Assembly (NCBI GenBank): GCA_951406725.2
Contig: OX597816.1
Span: 152,582,001-152,646,000 of the forward strand
Direction of reading: 5' to 3'
Source: Octopus vulgaris
Lineage: Eukaryota
Length of the DNA: 64,000 nt
The notes under the pieces are model-generated. The model was not told where the DNA came from, did no database searches, and was given only the letters and a program-made list of their open reading frames with translations. Both the position numbers and the translations under genes were made by a program. Shown one piece after another: positions 40,630-55,140 of this stretch. The number at the start of each line of letters is the position of its first letter. Position 1 is the stretch's first letter.

Positions 40630-43139
40630 ATTTCAAATTTATAGAAATACAGACGAAGACAGGTGTAGGAACAACAAGCAAGTGTATTAATTTGATGCTC
40701 GGGAAAAATGGAAAAGTATTTTACGTTCCGAGCCTGCGCTCTTCGACATAAAGGAATAACAAGAAATAAATAGAGAGAAAATGAAGAAAAACGTGTTGAG
40801 TTCAGTCGTCCAGCATGGCGAGTGATTGGGAAAAAAAAAAAGAGGTTGAATGGAAGGGAGATAATTCATGGTGATCCCAACAAGTAGAGGTGTGCTAGAT
40901 GTGTATGTGAGTGTGTAAGTGTGTATGGGTGAATGGGAGCGAGTGAGTTTGACGTGTGTGCATGTGTGACGTGTGTAGCAGTTGATGTGTGCTTTATCAC
41001 GTGGTGTGTGTTCATGTGTATATGTGTATGTGTGTGTGTGTCATTCTGACCAAATAGTGTGTATGTGTATAGTATATGATTGTGGGCAAAAGTTTCCTTT
41101 GTCTATGTGTGTTGCGTGTGTTTATGAGTATTGCGTGTGTGTGTATGTGTATATATTGTCTGTGTTCAGGTATTATGTGCTTGTGTTGGTGTGGGAGTGT
41201 GCATGATGGTGTCTGGTGTGTGTACTGAGTTAAACAGTGTGTGTGGCTGCTGAGAAGTGTGTGTATAATGGTGTGTAGAGTGATGAGTTGACAGTGTGTA
41301 TGGGTGTATGTTTAGTGGTAGTGTGCGTGAGGGTACCGAGGTGGGCGGTATGCGGGTGTGTAGGTGGAGAGTGTGGGAGGTGAGTAGGAATCCGTGTCGG
41401 ATTGATGTCAAATGAAGAGAGTAGGTGAGTTGAATCCATATGGCACTAAGGACCGAAGAGAGAAGATTAATTCCTTTTCACTGTGTAGACGCGAGCCCGG
41501 GAAGCCCATGTGCAGAGACAGCCTGAAAACGGATAAGTGTTGTAATGAATGACTGATAGAACGGAAATAGCATGAGACCGGGTGTCATTACCGAGTCTGA
41601 TGTCCCAAAGGTGCTCCGCGAACTGGTCAGCCAAACGGCATCTCATTTGACGAATGTAGAGAAGGGCAGAGAGAGCAGGTGATGCAGTAAATGACATAAC
41701 TAGAAGTGCAGGTAAAGGAGTCGGGGACGTGGTAGAGATGGTGATGGGTGCCTGTGACGATGGTGGTTTTGGAGAGGTGCGACAGTGTAGTGGGAGCAGG
41801 TAAAGGAGCCAGATATTAGAGAAGAAACTGTGGACCAAGAGGTCACGCGGGCTGTGGGCTCGTTTGAAGGAGGGAAGAGGTATGTTAGAGAATATGTGCG
41901 AGGTGGAAAGGTAGGTCTGGAGTCGCCGGAAGGCTCAGAGAATGGTACGTTGGAAGGGTAGAGTAGAGGTGGGGTATGGATGGGGCGGGTACAAGGAGAA
42001 ATAGCAGGGGTATGGTCTACACTAAAGATCGTGTCCGGACAAAGGCAGTGTGGATAATGGTGAAGAGATATCTGTGTGGGAGGAAGTGGCGAGCCATGAG
42101 TTGAGACTGAGTCTCAAATTCATGGTCGTCATTGTAGAGCTTGCGTAGACGGAGGAATTGGGAGTAGGGGATGGAGAGCTTGGTGTGGGAAGGGTGGGGA
42201 GTGGAGAAGTTAAGGTAGGAGTGTGAGTCAGTGAGTTTGTAGTGGATGGAGATACTGAGGGTGGAGTGGCGAATGTTGACAGAAATGTCGAGAAATTCAA
42301 CAGAAGAGTTAGAGATAGTGCAAGAGAATTTGAGGGCAGGATGGAAGGATTGAACAAAGGAGAGGAAGGAGTCCAGCTGTTCGTGGGGGAGTGAGATCGT
42401 GTCAATACAGTTATCGATATAATGACCGTATTGCTCGGGAGTGGGACCAATGAATTATGAGAATATTTGAGCCTCAATATAGCCAACAAACAGGTTCGTA
42501 TAGTTGAGGTCCATTTTCGTTCCCATGGCCACAGCCGAGACATGTTGGTAAAACTCCCCCGCGGACGAGAAGCAGCTGAGGAAGTTCGACCAGTGGAAGG
42601 AGTAAGGCGGTGGCAGGTTGAGGGTCATGTCGAAGGTCTAGAAAGTGTTTAAGCGCAAGAAGTCCGTTGTGCGGGATCACCGTATATAAACTTTTAATAT
42701 CAAGAATGAACAGAAGTTGAGAGGGGCCAGAAGGGAAGGTGAAAGAGTTAACCAGACGGAGAGCATGGTTAGTGTCGTAGATGTGTGAGGGGAGGGAAGC
42801 CACTTGGGGAGCAAGGACATGGTCGAGGTATTTGGAGATCATTTCCGTAGGGTAGTTGCAGGCGGAGACGATGGGGCGGCCAGGATTGTTGTCTTGTGAA
42901 TTTTGGGAAGTAAATAGTAGGGATGCGCGGAGTACGGACAATGAGGTTGGAAGAGGTGGGAGAGAGACGGGAGGAGAAAATGAGGTCACGAAAAGTGGAT
43001 GACAAAGTCCGTTGGTAGTTAGACATGGGGTTGGAGTGCAGAGGGTAACAGAAGGAGATGTCTTGAAGTTGGCGGAGAGCTTCAGCCTTATAAAGGTCCG
43101 CGCACGACGCCACTACAGCTCCACCCTTGTCGGCCGGTT

Positions 43140-43143
<4 letters not shown>
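40630..43143 (-). mobile_element. 5'-truncated, frameshifted Penelope-like retroelement (RT plus GIY-YIG, Neptune-type) with CA-rich 3' UTR and pseudo-LTR end
   Basis: IKPADKGGAVV, PGRPIVSACNYPTEMISKYLD, ILDIKSLYTVIPH, AMGTKM, YIDN (decayed YIDD), HYKLTDSHSYL, SIPYSQFLRLR, decayed Cys linker HCRT, LYIRQ..RLADQFAEH. Both ends abut microsatellites. Confidence 0.92.
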
Positions 43144-43188
<45 letters not shown>

Positions 43189-44112
43189 TATATGCATATA
43201 TATATATGCGTACACCTGTCTGTGTGCTTAGACGTGTATAACCCCGCCATTATTTAAGTGCCCATTGAATAACTATATATGCACACACATACATACAATT
43301 ATGTATGTATGTGTATATACAATTTTATACATTTTTTCAATACACTTGCATTCATATACGCATAAAACTACACACCACTCCTTAGTCGAGAATTTGTTTG
43401 CTTCTAACAAAGCTTTCTATATTTCTTTCGAGGTCAGTTTACTGACAAGCAAACTTATCTCTTCACAAAAATTATGTTTAAGAAATTTACACAATTCTGT
43501 GCATCACATTCACTAGAAATTGTTTATTTAGAAAATAATGACGAACCTAAAAATATTGTTCAATTGTCGTAAAATAATCACGACTGGTTTGCAAAATACC
43601 TTATTTATTTTGCTATTTCCGTTATCTAACTAAAACGATGACATTATCAACATTGGGGGCGGCGATAACAACAACGATGACTCCTGGAAATCAAATTCCC
43701 TTTAAACTGGCAGCCAAATACCTCTTAAATCGAAACCTATTAACTTTAAAAAAAAATGAAAGGGAGGTCATATTGGATAAGCTGTCTGTAAGCAAATGAC
43801 GTGATAGTTGGACTGTCTTTGCTCTTAGCTTTGCTCAGTGGCCTATATTCTTATGTTAAAAAGCAACTGTAAAAAGGACAAAGCAACGAAAGAGCTTCAT
43901 AAACCAATGAAGGCGTGTCTATGGGATCACTCGATCTGCTACAAATAGAAGCTAAATCTTTAAATCGCACCACAGACATTATGAAGGAGGACATGTTGAA
44001 TAAGTCGTTGACATGCTGCGTCTGAAAAGATGAGATGATGATGGTTGAATGCCTATCATTATATATCTGCTGCTGCATCATCATCATCCTCATCGTCGTT
44101 GTCGTCGTCGTC

Positions 44113-44143
<31 letters not shown>

Positions 44144-45545
44144 GCAGCAGCAGCAGTAATAGCAACAACAACAACAGCAGCAGTAATAGCAACAACAACA
44201 ACGATGATTGTTACATCAACCACAAGCTTCGAATCTTGGACTACCTCCTCGCAGTGTCAAACAGAGTGACTCACTTTGACGAAAAGAAGAGTCAAACGAT
44301 TGCTAGTGCTACGGGAATATATTACACGGAATAGAGTTTTCGGTGCATTCGATTGCCGAGAGGAGTGGAAATGTTAACATTTTGAGATTGTGCTTTTCAA
44401 TGGAGAACAGAGAAAGATGAGTTGTCGTAGGCAAAGCTGACGGTCATGAATGAGGACCCTCAGACATCTCCTCCCCATTGCAATTATTCACTGCCTATAA
44501 CAAAACCAGCTATACGTTCGTCTTTTTTTTAACTCTTTTCTGAAGTACAAGAGTGCAAAACAATGATTGTTCCATTTCTCACGACTATCGATCGTACTGA
44601 AATTTTACGGAACCCTCACTGATGTAGACTCCCGCCAGTTTCTCGGGTTTCAAAACTTTAGCATATTTTATAGTAAACTTCACTTATTTCTGAATCCTTA
44701 ATTTACATTGGTTTGAAGAAAGATTGAAAATATTAATTTGCTGCATTGCAACAACAGCAGAAACATACATACATACATAATACATACATACATACATACA
44801 TACATACATACATACATACATACATAAATAATATATACATATATACATATATACATGCCATTACTCGAACTGTAAAGCTTTGTAACATTTTCCAGAAGTT
44901 TATCACTTAAGTATGTATGAGTATGTCTAGATATGCAAGTATATGCATGAGCAGACGTACATAAAAAGCATACAAATCTGCACGTATACATACATGTATG
45001 CATACATATATACATACATACCCTGTTGTTGATGTTGAAATTCGAATGAAGGAGCTTTGGATCTAGGTTAGAAACCGGCTCTTTCTCTATTGGTAAGAAA
45101 TCTTGAAACACACAAACATACACACACATGCATACAAATATGTATGTATATATAAACATATAGGCACACATACAAATAAATACGGAACTTTAATAAGTTT
45201 GAAAACATACTGCTAATAGATTGCGAATGTGTTTGTGTGCATGTGTGTGTTTGAGTGTGTGTGTGTGTATGGGTGTGTTTGTTCGTTTGTGTGTGTATGT
45301 GTGTGTGCATTGTGTGTGTGTCAAAAGGGAAGGAATTGGAGTGAGACAGAGAAACTGAAGGGCACTGTTGAACAAAGCGATAATTTAAGAGAAGTTAAGA
45401 AGAAAATGATCAATATTTTGTGTCTCACACATTTCTAATCTACGTTCACTCCTTTACAACCGACAGCTTCTCGACATTTTCTTTTTTAAAATTATTCCTG
45501 TTATACACGAGAGGGATCTCGAACTCGAGGTTTTACAAGAAAATA

Positions 45546-45730
45546 TCTTGGGATAGAAAAAAAGTCTATCTTTATTTCTTCTTTTGCTGGTGTCTCAAAT
45601 TTAGGTTAAATCAGTGTTTCTCAAAGGGGAGGCCTATGGGACGGTCGGACAAGTTATTTTGAGAAAATTTGGTCTACATGTTTGACAACTCAGCACCGTC
45701 CATTGGACGCGGGGGGGGGGGCGTTTTGCT

Positions 45731-45765
<35 letters not shown>

Positions 45766-45879
45766 ATAGAAATGGTAAGACAACAAATGAATGAATGAGA
45801 CATCGATATTATGTAAATAGAGAAATTTATCTGTAAATATATGTGACCAACGGTAGCCATGATAAAACTCCGAGTTTAT

Positions 45880-45943
<64 letters not shown>

Positions 45944-46227
45944 TGTGTGTGTGTGGGGGGAGGGTTAATAATTTTCGATAATGTCAGTCTTTCTATGTAA
46001 TCATAATAGTGAATCTTGTGCAAACGCCGCTAAGTTTTTAAATATGAATTTTCCTATCAAAGACGATAGGTCGCAATTTAAGGGAATTTGGTTGCCATTG
46101 CTAGCAGGACGTGTGACCACATACAGGGTGCCACATTTTGGTACCAACTTGAAGTAGGTTGGTGAAGCTGTTCTGCATACTGTCTTGCAATAATAGGCAT
46201 CTTATTAGATTGATAAGGCCTGAAATA
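45546..46227 (+). repeat. Left copy of local inverted duplication
   Basis: Reverse complement of 53989-54861, apart from microsatellite lengths, scattered substitutions and the 54281-54490 insert. Confidence 0.95.
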
Positions 46228-46335
46228 TTACTGTGGGACAGTTTTTATTTGGAGACAAATTCTACATTGTTTCAAAACAAGTAAACAAACATCGATGCTT
46301 ATAGCTCTAGAATATTGTATACGTGTAGTTTATGA

Positions 46336-46366
<31 letters not shown>

Positions 46367-47303
46367 TGTATATTCGTTATTTGTTATACAGATTTGTTCG
46401 ACTAAAAACCTTCAAGGCAGTGCCCCAGCTTGGTCACATAACTGAAACAAGTAAAAGATAAAAGATATATCGAAACTATAATGATATCCGTGGGACAACC
46501 GATAATGGAGGTATGTTGGATTGTTAGTATGGCTGTTTTTGTTTATGTGGAGTAGTATTATAACACGTCCTTTTGATATATATATATATATATATATTAT
46601 ACTACATTTTTTGAAAAAATTCAGAGAGGCTGTTTCCTCTCTCTCTCTCACTTGCTTTCCCTCATTGTTTCTCTATCTCTGTGTATCACGGTATTTCTTT
46701 TCTTTCACTGCGTATTTTGTTTATATGTGTGCTTATGTTGTCGGTGTGTTTGTGTGTGTCTATCATCACATGTCACAACAGTATGACTAATTACAGGTAT
46801 TAGTAGCCAGAATAAAAATGCCCGGGGAATTAGTAAACCAACACACTGCTCGTTTATAAAGCTCAGTTAGACTAGACTACAGTGGCGGTGGCGTGAAAAA
46901 GTGGGAGTAAGCGCTTGATGTTTTCTTTAAAATATTCGGATTCCTTACACGCACGGGACATTGATTTCTGATCTAAGATGCCTTAGTCAATCATGTCCAC
47001 TCCAGTACTTGGCGACTCAGAAGAATAAACAGCAAATTCGACCCTTGTAGATTATGAATCAAGAACGTAAAAGTATTTTGTCTGTCGCCATCACCCCTTA
47101 ATACACAAACACGTATGCCTACTCCCACATGATACAAATATCTATTGACCGATGAAGACTTTTGCAAATCAATTAGCTTTATCAAACTGATGTCTTACTC
47201 TGTGATTTCTTGTACGTAGATACTTTAGTAGAACCAAATCTATTCGATAACCGCTTCGCCGCGTCACGCATAAATAGTCTCTAACTTTTTGAGATTTCCT
47301 TTG

Positions 47304-47508
47304 CTTCTACTATAGGCACAAGGCCTGAAATTTTGGAGGAGGAGGCCAGTCGATTAGATCGACCCCAGTACGCAACTAGTACTTATTTTATCAACCCCGA
47401 AAGGACGAAAGGCAAAGTCGACCTCGGTGGAATTTGAATTCAGAACATAAAGAAATACCGCTAAGCCTTTCGCCCAGCTTGCTAACGTTTCTGCTAGCTC
47501 GTCGCCTT
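47304..47508 (-). mobile_element. tRNA-derived SINE, family A, with probable target-site duplication
   Basis: Family A reverse complement. ctttttgagat occurs at 47285-47295 and 47509-47519. Confidence 0.85.
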
Positions 47509-47649
47509 CTTTTTGAGATCTTCTGCAAAAGCAATGTGGTAGCACTTGCAATCGGAGTAGCCTTTGACCTAATTTAGCACAAGATCCTTCAGACTATGTT
47601 GCTAGCCATTGTATTTCCTCTGTTTATTCTCTCTTCGACAGAAAGGTTT

Positions 47650-48440
47650 TGTATGGCCGCTTCTTGACAGGGCCTTCTTTGCGTTACATTATGTTTGCTC
47701 TGATGCACTCTAGAGTCCACTTAGTGCCCTAAAGTTCTTCTTCTGAACATTAATAACCTTCATACTGTCACTTCTAACAAAATCTCTCTTACATCGACCG
47801 CCATCTGCACACGGCGTAGACAATATGTGTCTCTCATACATTGCTTCCATGAATGGCGACTTCAAAAATATCCTCCGTTAGGAACATGACAATATTGCCC
47901 CAAACCAGTCACTAGAAATGTTAAGCAAATAATTTTGTAAAACTTCTCTCTCCTTACTCGTGTACAACGAACAGCTAACTAAATGCTCACACTCTTAACA
48001 AATGCTTGGCTTGATGATTTCTTCAAGTGTCTTATGAGGCTTCACATATTTAAGATTTCGAAAACTACACTTCAGAGGCTAACTATTATCTACAGATCAA
48101 GAAAATACTCCTTTGATAAATACTGAATCTATTTACAGAACTCAGCTAAGGCTCGCACTGGAGTATCGCTCACGAATATACGACGATACTGCTGCTATGC
48201 ATGAAAACATCGTAGATCTCATTTGTAAAAGGTTATTCATCTGATTAGTAGACTCATACCACAACTCGCTCACAGATGTGTTATATTTTTTGTCTCTTCT
48301 AGAAGTTGTATAATTATGAGTGCTATTTTGAATTCGCATGCCATCTTCAATGAAGACTGCTTTTGCAACTTTTTTGCATCTGCTTTTGCTTTTTTCCACA
48401 AATCTGTTATTATGTCTCATTCTGGAAACTCTGCACTAAA
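47650..48440 (-). mobile_element. Possible highly decayed LINE RT remnant
   Basis: Complex sequence with only faint RT-like peptide echoes (for example VNRFSIY); many stops. Confidence 0.3.
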
Positions 48441-48489
48441 ACTTTTTACTCTATCCTTCCTACTCAATGTAAAATAATAATCCCAATAA

Positions 48490-48702
48490 TCCTTTCTTCT
48501 AAGGCACAAGACTTGAAATTTGTGGGGAGTGGCTAGTCGATTTCATCGACCTTAGTACTTGACTTGTACGTTCTTATCGACCCAGAAACAACGAAAAGCA
48601 AAGCAGACATCAGTGGAATGGGAACTCAGAACATAAAGAGCCGGAAGAAATGCCGCTAAGCATTTTGTCCGACACTCTAACGATTCTGTCAGCTTGCTGC
48701 CT
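48490..48702 (-). mobile_element. tRNA-derived SINE, family A (diverged)
   Basis: aggcacaag..tgaaattt..gaactcagaac..aaatgccgctaagcattttgtccg..ctaacgattctg. Confidence 0.8.
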
Positions 48703-48759
48703 CATTAATAATAATGCAATAAGCTATAATAGCAAACAAAACTATATATATATATTATG

Positions 48760-48803
<44 letters not shown>

Positions 48804-51151
48804 TATATATATATATGCATATAAATTAAAATTTTTACAGGTAATGTATTGGACGAGAATAATTTAGAAAGGTTAAAAAATAGTAAGAAAAGACAATTCA
48901 GAGAAAAATCTAATGTAGATCCCTACTTTATGGTCAGACCAATTGTTAAGCACTGGACATACCTGATGAGATAGGGGTGTTTTGGCAACAATAGAGTTGA
49001 GACATCGTATCTGCCAAGGAGATTATTGAGAAAGAGAAAATAAAAATAAAATTAAAAATCTAAACATTTTATGTATGGCGAAATCGGCTGAAAAATTATA
49101 TTTATCGCTTAGAGAAAGAATGGCAGCACCCATGACCTTTACAGGGCTTCCGAAACTGGGGAGAAGGTGAGGGGAAAGAACATCAACTTATAAGTTATTC
49201 TCAGATTGGAGACCTCGACTGCATATTTGTAAGAAAATGGTCTCATCCCTGAGCGAGGTAATGGTGTTGAATCAAGCGACCGATTAAGTTCGCTGCTCAA
49301 CAAGTACAGTCCATCGGGATTTAGAACAGTTTATATTTCTACCGAAATTTACTCACAGAGCTTGGTTCGACTCGGACTTATGGTAGAAGAAATTTGTCCA
49401 CGATATCGTAATAAGGTGATGCCAAACTCGGAACCGCTTTATTACAACTTGAACTTGTTAATCAAACGACCACGCCTGCATCCTATATTATAGCTCTTAA
49501 CATCATTCATAAAAAGTTTGTTATTTTAAGAGGATAATGCCATAGCGAGTGGGCAAACAAGATGCCTGTTGTAGGAATGATTAGTAAACATTTCCAGACT
49601 AGTAACCCGAATACTTACTCCCGGAGGGACTTGATTAATCTTAAAGGGTGAACATATATTTTCGTTATGATCAAGTTTTAATACACAAATTTATTACACA
49701 TTAATAATTATAGACATAAATCCAACATATTTACTTATAAAATTTAAACAGAATACAGCGAGAATGTTTTGATAACAAAAAGTTATATCATATCGATATC
49801 CATTAATTTTCAACAACTAATTTCTAGACATATTAAGTGGGCAGCGGCGCACGCTTTCCAGGAGTGGCTAAGCTACTCCTGATTCTCCCTATCTACGTTA
49901 TGGTTTTGACACAGTCCAATTAAAGCTTACGGTGGATCCTCATTGAAAGAATATTACAAAGTAAAAAGAAAGAAAATAAAACAAGAAAAATCTAAATGAA
50001 AATCTTTTGATACAAATAGAGCTGTGAAAGTGTTATAACAAATATTCACTATATTTCACAGCCTCTTTGCATTATGTATCAAAAAGGATATGTTCTTTCA
50101 AATCTTTCCCTCATTTTGTGTCTGAATAATGCGGTCTTATAAACTGCATGGATTTTTCACGTTTCATATGTTAATGTGTCATTAAACTGTCATGTTAAGT
50201 ATAAAAATAATAGGTTATAATAACTTTAGTTCAAAATTTCACCTCAACACAATGTAAGAAAAATATATAAATACATTCCTCATAAAATTACCTACATTAT
50301 ATGGAATGTGTATTTATGTTATAAAGAGTAAATACATCTATAAACCGACATATTGATACATAGACACACGCATGCTGACAAACACATACACACACACAAT
50401 TTGACGTATGCAGGTGTGTTTAAAAAATATATTTACAAAAATTGTTCAGAAGATCTTGTCCCCACAAGATCTTTGAGATGAGAAACGAATATCCACTTAA
50501 AGCGACATGAAAGACGTTCCTTGCAACTTTCTAGTCATAAGGGGAATACTTGCTAACCCAGCAGCCATTTCTAAATCCGATTGTCCACGCATGCGCACAA
50601 CACCTATTTCTATGTGTGTGAAGTGCGTAAAAACTACCTGCGTTTTTGTTTATCTTTGTTCATATTTGTTTATATTTTCTCTTGCTTAATATATTCTGTA
50701 TTCAGATTATATGAGTGGTTGCCTTTTGCTTTATTATTTGAGGTATTACATACACTTCATTATCAATCTTATCTCTACTGTTATTTCTTTCTCTTTCCTA
50801 TCTGATTGCCATTCTCCTTTTTATATCTGCCTGTGTATCTGTGTCTCCTACTGCTCGTTTGTCAATGTCTTTCACTATCCATCCATCAACTTACCTACTG
50901 GCTGTTTGTCTTTGTCTCATTATATATGTGTGTGTGTGTTTGTGCGTATGTATGAGTGCATGTGTGTATGTGTATGTGTATGGTGTGTGTAGTGTGTGTG
51001 TATGTGTGTGTGTGTATGGTGTGTGTGTGGTATGTGTATGTGTGTGTGTGTGGTGCGTGTGCATCTGTTTATAAACGAAAATGAGCTAACAAAATTAGCT
51101 CAATAACTCAGAATGCCCACACACACACGTGTGTGTGTGTGTTTGTATGCT

Positions 51152-51189
<38 letters not shown>

Positions 51190-51494
51190 CATACATACAA
51201 ACACACACACGCACACATACACATACACACACACACACAAACGTTTATATATATAAACAATAAAGATAAGCGTGCAAGCGCGCGTTTGTGTGTATGAGTG
51301 TATGTATGCGTATGTACATATAAATACACGCTCACACACACATCACTATATCTATATCTACTTGCACATACATACACACATACACACACATACACACACG
51401 TACACACGTGTTTACACACATATCCGTCATCCATTTACCTATCTACCCATTTTCGCTTACATTCCTCCTACCTCCCAATCTCGTTTCTTCTTAA

Positions 51495-51599
<105 letters not shown>

Positions 51600-51636
51600 C
51601 CTACCTACCTATCTATCTATCTATCTACCTACCTAC

Positions 51637-51759
<123 letters not shown>

Positions 51760-52139
51760 CCTATCTCCGTTGTCTTCCTGACTGTGTACCTCTCTACCTA
51801 CGTCCCCCTTACCCGTCCATATTCCTACCTGTCCATACCGGAAATATGTCACATAACAATTTATGTTGATAATTTATTGCCTTGTCTACTGTTTATATTA
51901 CAGGATGAATATTTGGTGTAGTTATAGCTATCACTACATGGCTGCAAGTTCTATACACGTAACATATGACAGACTACATATGTATGTCTGTATACATACA
52001 TACATACATACATACATACATACATACATACATACATACATACTTACATACATACATATATATATATATATGCATGCATGATTGTATGTTTGTATATATA
52101 TATATATATTGACATACATATATATGCATACCTACATAT

Positions 52140-52177
<38 letters not shown>

Positions 52178-52266
52178 GCATACACATACACACATACATG
52201 TATTTATATATGCATGTATACATATGTGTATGTATACACACACACACACATATATATATATACATG

Positions 52267-52303
<37 letters not shown>

Positions 52304-52307
52304 GCAT

Positions 52308-52352
<45 letters not shown>

Positions 52353-52558
52353 TATATGTATATATATATACACACACATACATACATACATATGCTTGGT
52401 GGTGCTCTTAAGTTAGACATGGCTTGGGCCAATACGGGCCAAAACCTATCAAAGTATCAAAATATATACATATGTATACATTTAGATATAAATACATACA
52501 TACATATATACATACATATATATACACACACACACAAATATACAAGTATGTGTATATG

Positions 52559-52644
<86 letters not shown>

Positions 52645-52867
52645 AGCAAATAAGTGTAAAGTAAGTGTAGTTATATTCGCTTATATGCTTGAATGTTTAT
52701 ATGTTTGTGTACGTGCGTTCGTGTGTAGACACGATTTGTCTTTGAGTGTTAATCTATAGGTACCTATGCTCGAATATTTACAGTGTGTATGTGTGAGTGT
52801 CGGCATGTGTCTGTTTACAATAACAATGATAATAGCACTCCTACTACTACCACTACCGATTTCTTGC

Positions 52868-52887
52868 CATCATCGTCATCATCATCG

Positions 52888-52929
<42 letters not shown>

Positions 52930-52955
52930 CCACCACCACCACCACCACCACCACC

Positions 52956-53002
<47 letters not shown>

Positions 53003-53340
53003 AACCACGAACACCAACAAGAACACAACAACAACAACAACAACAGCGACAACAACAATAACAGCAACAACAACGACAAAAACAACAGCAACAACAAGAA
53101 CCACAAGAAAAACAACAAAAGGAATGAGAAATACTACTGTTACTACTTTTACCACTGCTGCTAGGGGTGTTGTTGGTGGTAGTAATAGTAGTAGTAATAA
53201 TAGTAACATCAGCAATGACAAGAGATCCATGACAAAGAACAAAAGACAAATAATTAAGAATATGAAGAAAAAGAAGAAAAAGAAGAAAAAGAAGGAAAAG
53301 AAGGAAAAGAAGTAGTAGTAGAAGAAGAAGAAGGAAAAAA
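52868..53340. repeat. Compound trinucleotide microsatellite (CAT)n(CAC)n(CAT)n(CAA)n...(GAA)n
   Basis: Read directly from the sequence. Confidence 0.95.
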
Positions 53341-53494
53341 GGGAATGATGGGGATAATGGAAAAATAAAACAAAAAGAAGAAAAATGTATTTCGATAGTG
53401 TGTGAGAAAAAATTTTCATGGTTCGTCATAAAGAAGAGATATTTGATGACGGTGTTAAGAGAGCTAGTAAATGATAGTGGCTTAAATAAAAACG

Positions 53495-53528
<34 letters not shown>

Positions 53529-53584
53529 AATACACACACACACACACACATATATATATAAATACACACACATATATATATATG

Positions 53585-53616
<32 letters not shown>

Positions 53617-53636
53617 CGTATATATATATACGTATA

Positions 53637-53695
<59 letters not shown>

Positions 53696-54280
53696 CATAC
53701 ATACATATACATACATATACATACATATACATACATACACACACACATATATATATTTATATATATATATGTATAGAACACAATACCAACGACATTAAAA
53801 AAAGTAGCAACCAAAGCTAGTATGCATTCGAAAATAAAAACACATAATATCCCCTTCCAATACACACACACACATACACATATACACAAAAGAAAAGAAA
53901 CGAATGACGGAATGTAATGATTCCCTGGTAAAAAACTTCATAGAATATAGTTTTGCAAATTTCCCCTGATATAACCGGTTAATGGTTTTATTTCAGGCCT
54001 CTTCAATCTAATAAGATGCCTATTATTGCAAAACAGTATGCAGAACAGCTTCACCAACCTACTTCAAGTTGGCACCAAAATGAGGCACCCTGTATGTGGT
54101 CACACGTCCTGCTGGCAATGGCAACCAAATTCCCTTAAATCGCGACCCATCGTCTTTGATAGGAAAATTCATATTTAAAAACTTAGCGGCGTTTGCAAAA
54201 GATTCACTATTATGATTACATAGAAAAACTGACATTATCGAAAATTATTAACCCCACCACACACACTATATATATATATA

Positions 54281-54488
54281 CTTTATTTAAAGCAGCATAA
54301 AATTCAACAAAATCTGTTACTCTGAGTTTCTCGTTGCCGTTGCAAAAACTGTCTGATGAACGGCAACGAGAAACTCAGAGTAACAGATTTTGTTGAATTT
54401 TCTGCTGCTTTAAATAAAGCATATTACTCTACCACTGGTATTTGAGTACTCTTTTTTCCACCTTGTTTCACATTTATGTGTTTACTCC

Positions 54489-54490
<2 letters not shown>
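54281..54490 (+). mobile_element. 210-bp foldback element in (TA)n with hammerhead motif (PLE pseudo-LTR-like)
   Basis: Arms 54281-54341 and 54359-54419 are nearly perfect, followed by a 71-nt tail. Absent from the paralogous (TA)n at 45883-45940. Confidence 0.9.
54345..54391 (+). ncRNA. Minimal type-I hammerhead ribozyme motif
   Basis: aaaacugu CUGAUGA (54353-54359) a-cg(gcaa)cg-a GAAA (54370-54373) cuc-a-gag UA acagauuuu; GUA triplet. Confidence 0.75.
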
Positions 54491-54552
<62 letters not shown>

Positions 54553-54861
54553 CTCGGAGTTTTATCATGGCTACCGAAAAATTGTCACATATATTTACAG
54601 ATAAATTTCTCTATTTACATAATATCGATGTCTCATTCATTCTTTTGTTGTCTTACCATTACTATCAATATATATATACAAGCAAAACGCCCCCCACCGT
54701 CCAATGGACGGTGCTGAGTTGTCAAACATGTAAATCAAATTTTCTCAAAATAACTTGTCCGACCGTCCCATAGGCCTCCCCTTTGAGAAACACTGATTTA
54801 ACCTAAATTTGAGACACCAGCAAAAGAAGAAATAAAGATAGACTTTTTTTCTATCCCAAGA

Positions 54862-55048
54862 AAAACGATTTTGCAAATGCATGTTCCCACGGCTTTATCG
54901 ATAGCATTCTCACCTGGAATCGATTTTTGTAATTTTTTTCAAGACTTATACAAGCCCTGATACCGTCGGTACTTACATATCAAATTTGAGTGCAATCGGA
55001 TGCAGGCTGCCCTAGATCCTAGAAGACACACACAGACAGAACGGATTT

Positions 55049-55055
<7 letters not shown>
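54862..55055 (-). mobile_element. Helitron-like 5'-end fragment
   Basis: Minus strand tatataaaatccgttctgtctgtgtgtgtc...ccgattgcactcaaattt resembles the 5' end of 15834-16144 (tatataaacggcagtttgtctgtctg...ccgattctgatgaaactt). No 3' hairpin or CTAG found. Confidence 0.5.

Positions 55056-55140
<85 letters not shown>

Larger units (their letters stand above)
53989..54861 (-). repeat. Right (inverted) copy of local duplication, carrying an extra insert
   Basis: Reverse complement of 45546-46227. Confidence 0.95.

Noticed and set aside
52766-53597. Poly-His/Asn ORF and the opposite-strand 260-aa poly-Asp/Gly ORF
   Set aside because: Compound trinucleotide microsatellite that is open in several frames on both strands.
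53973-53980. Perfect Grh site AACCGGTT (another at 22702-22709) suggesting autoregulation
   Set aside because: One or two 8-mers in 64 kb are expected by chance, and one lies in a repeat.
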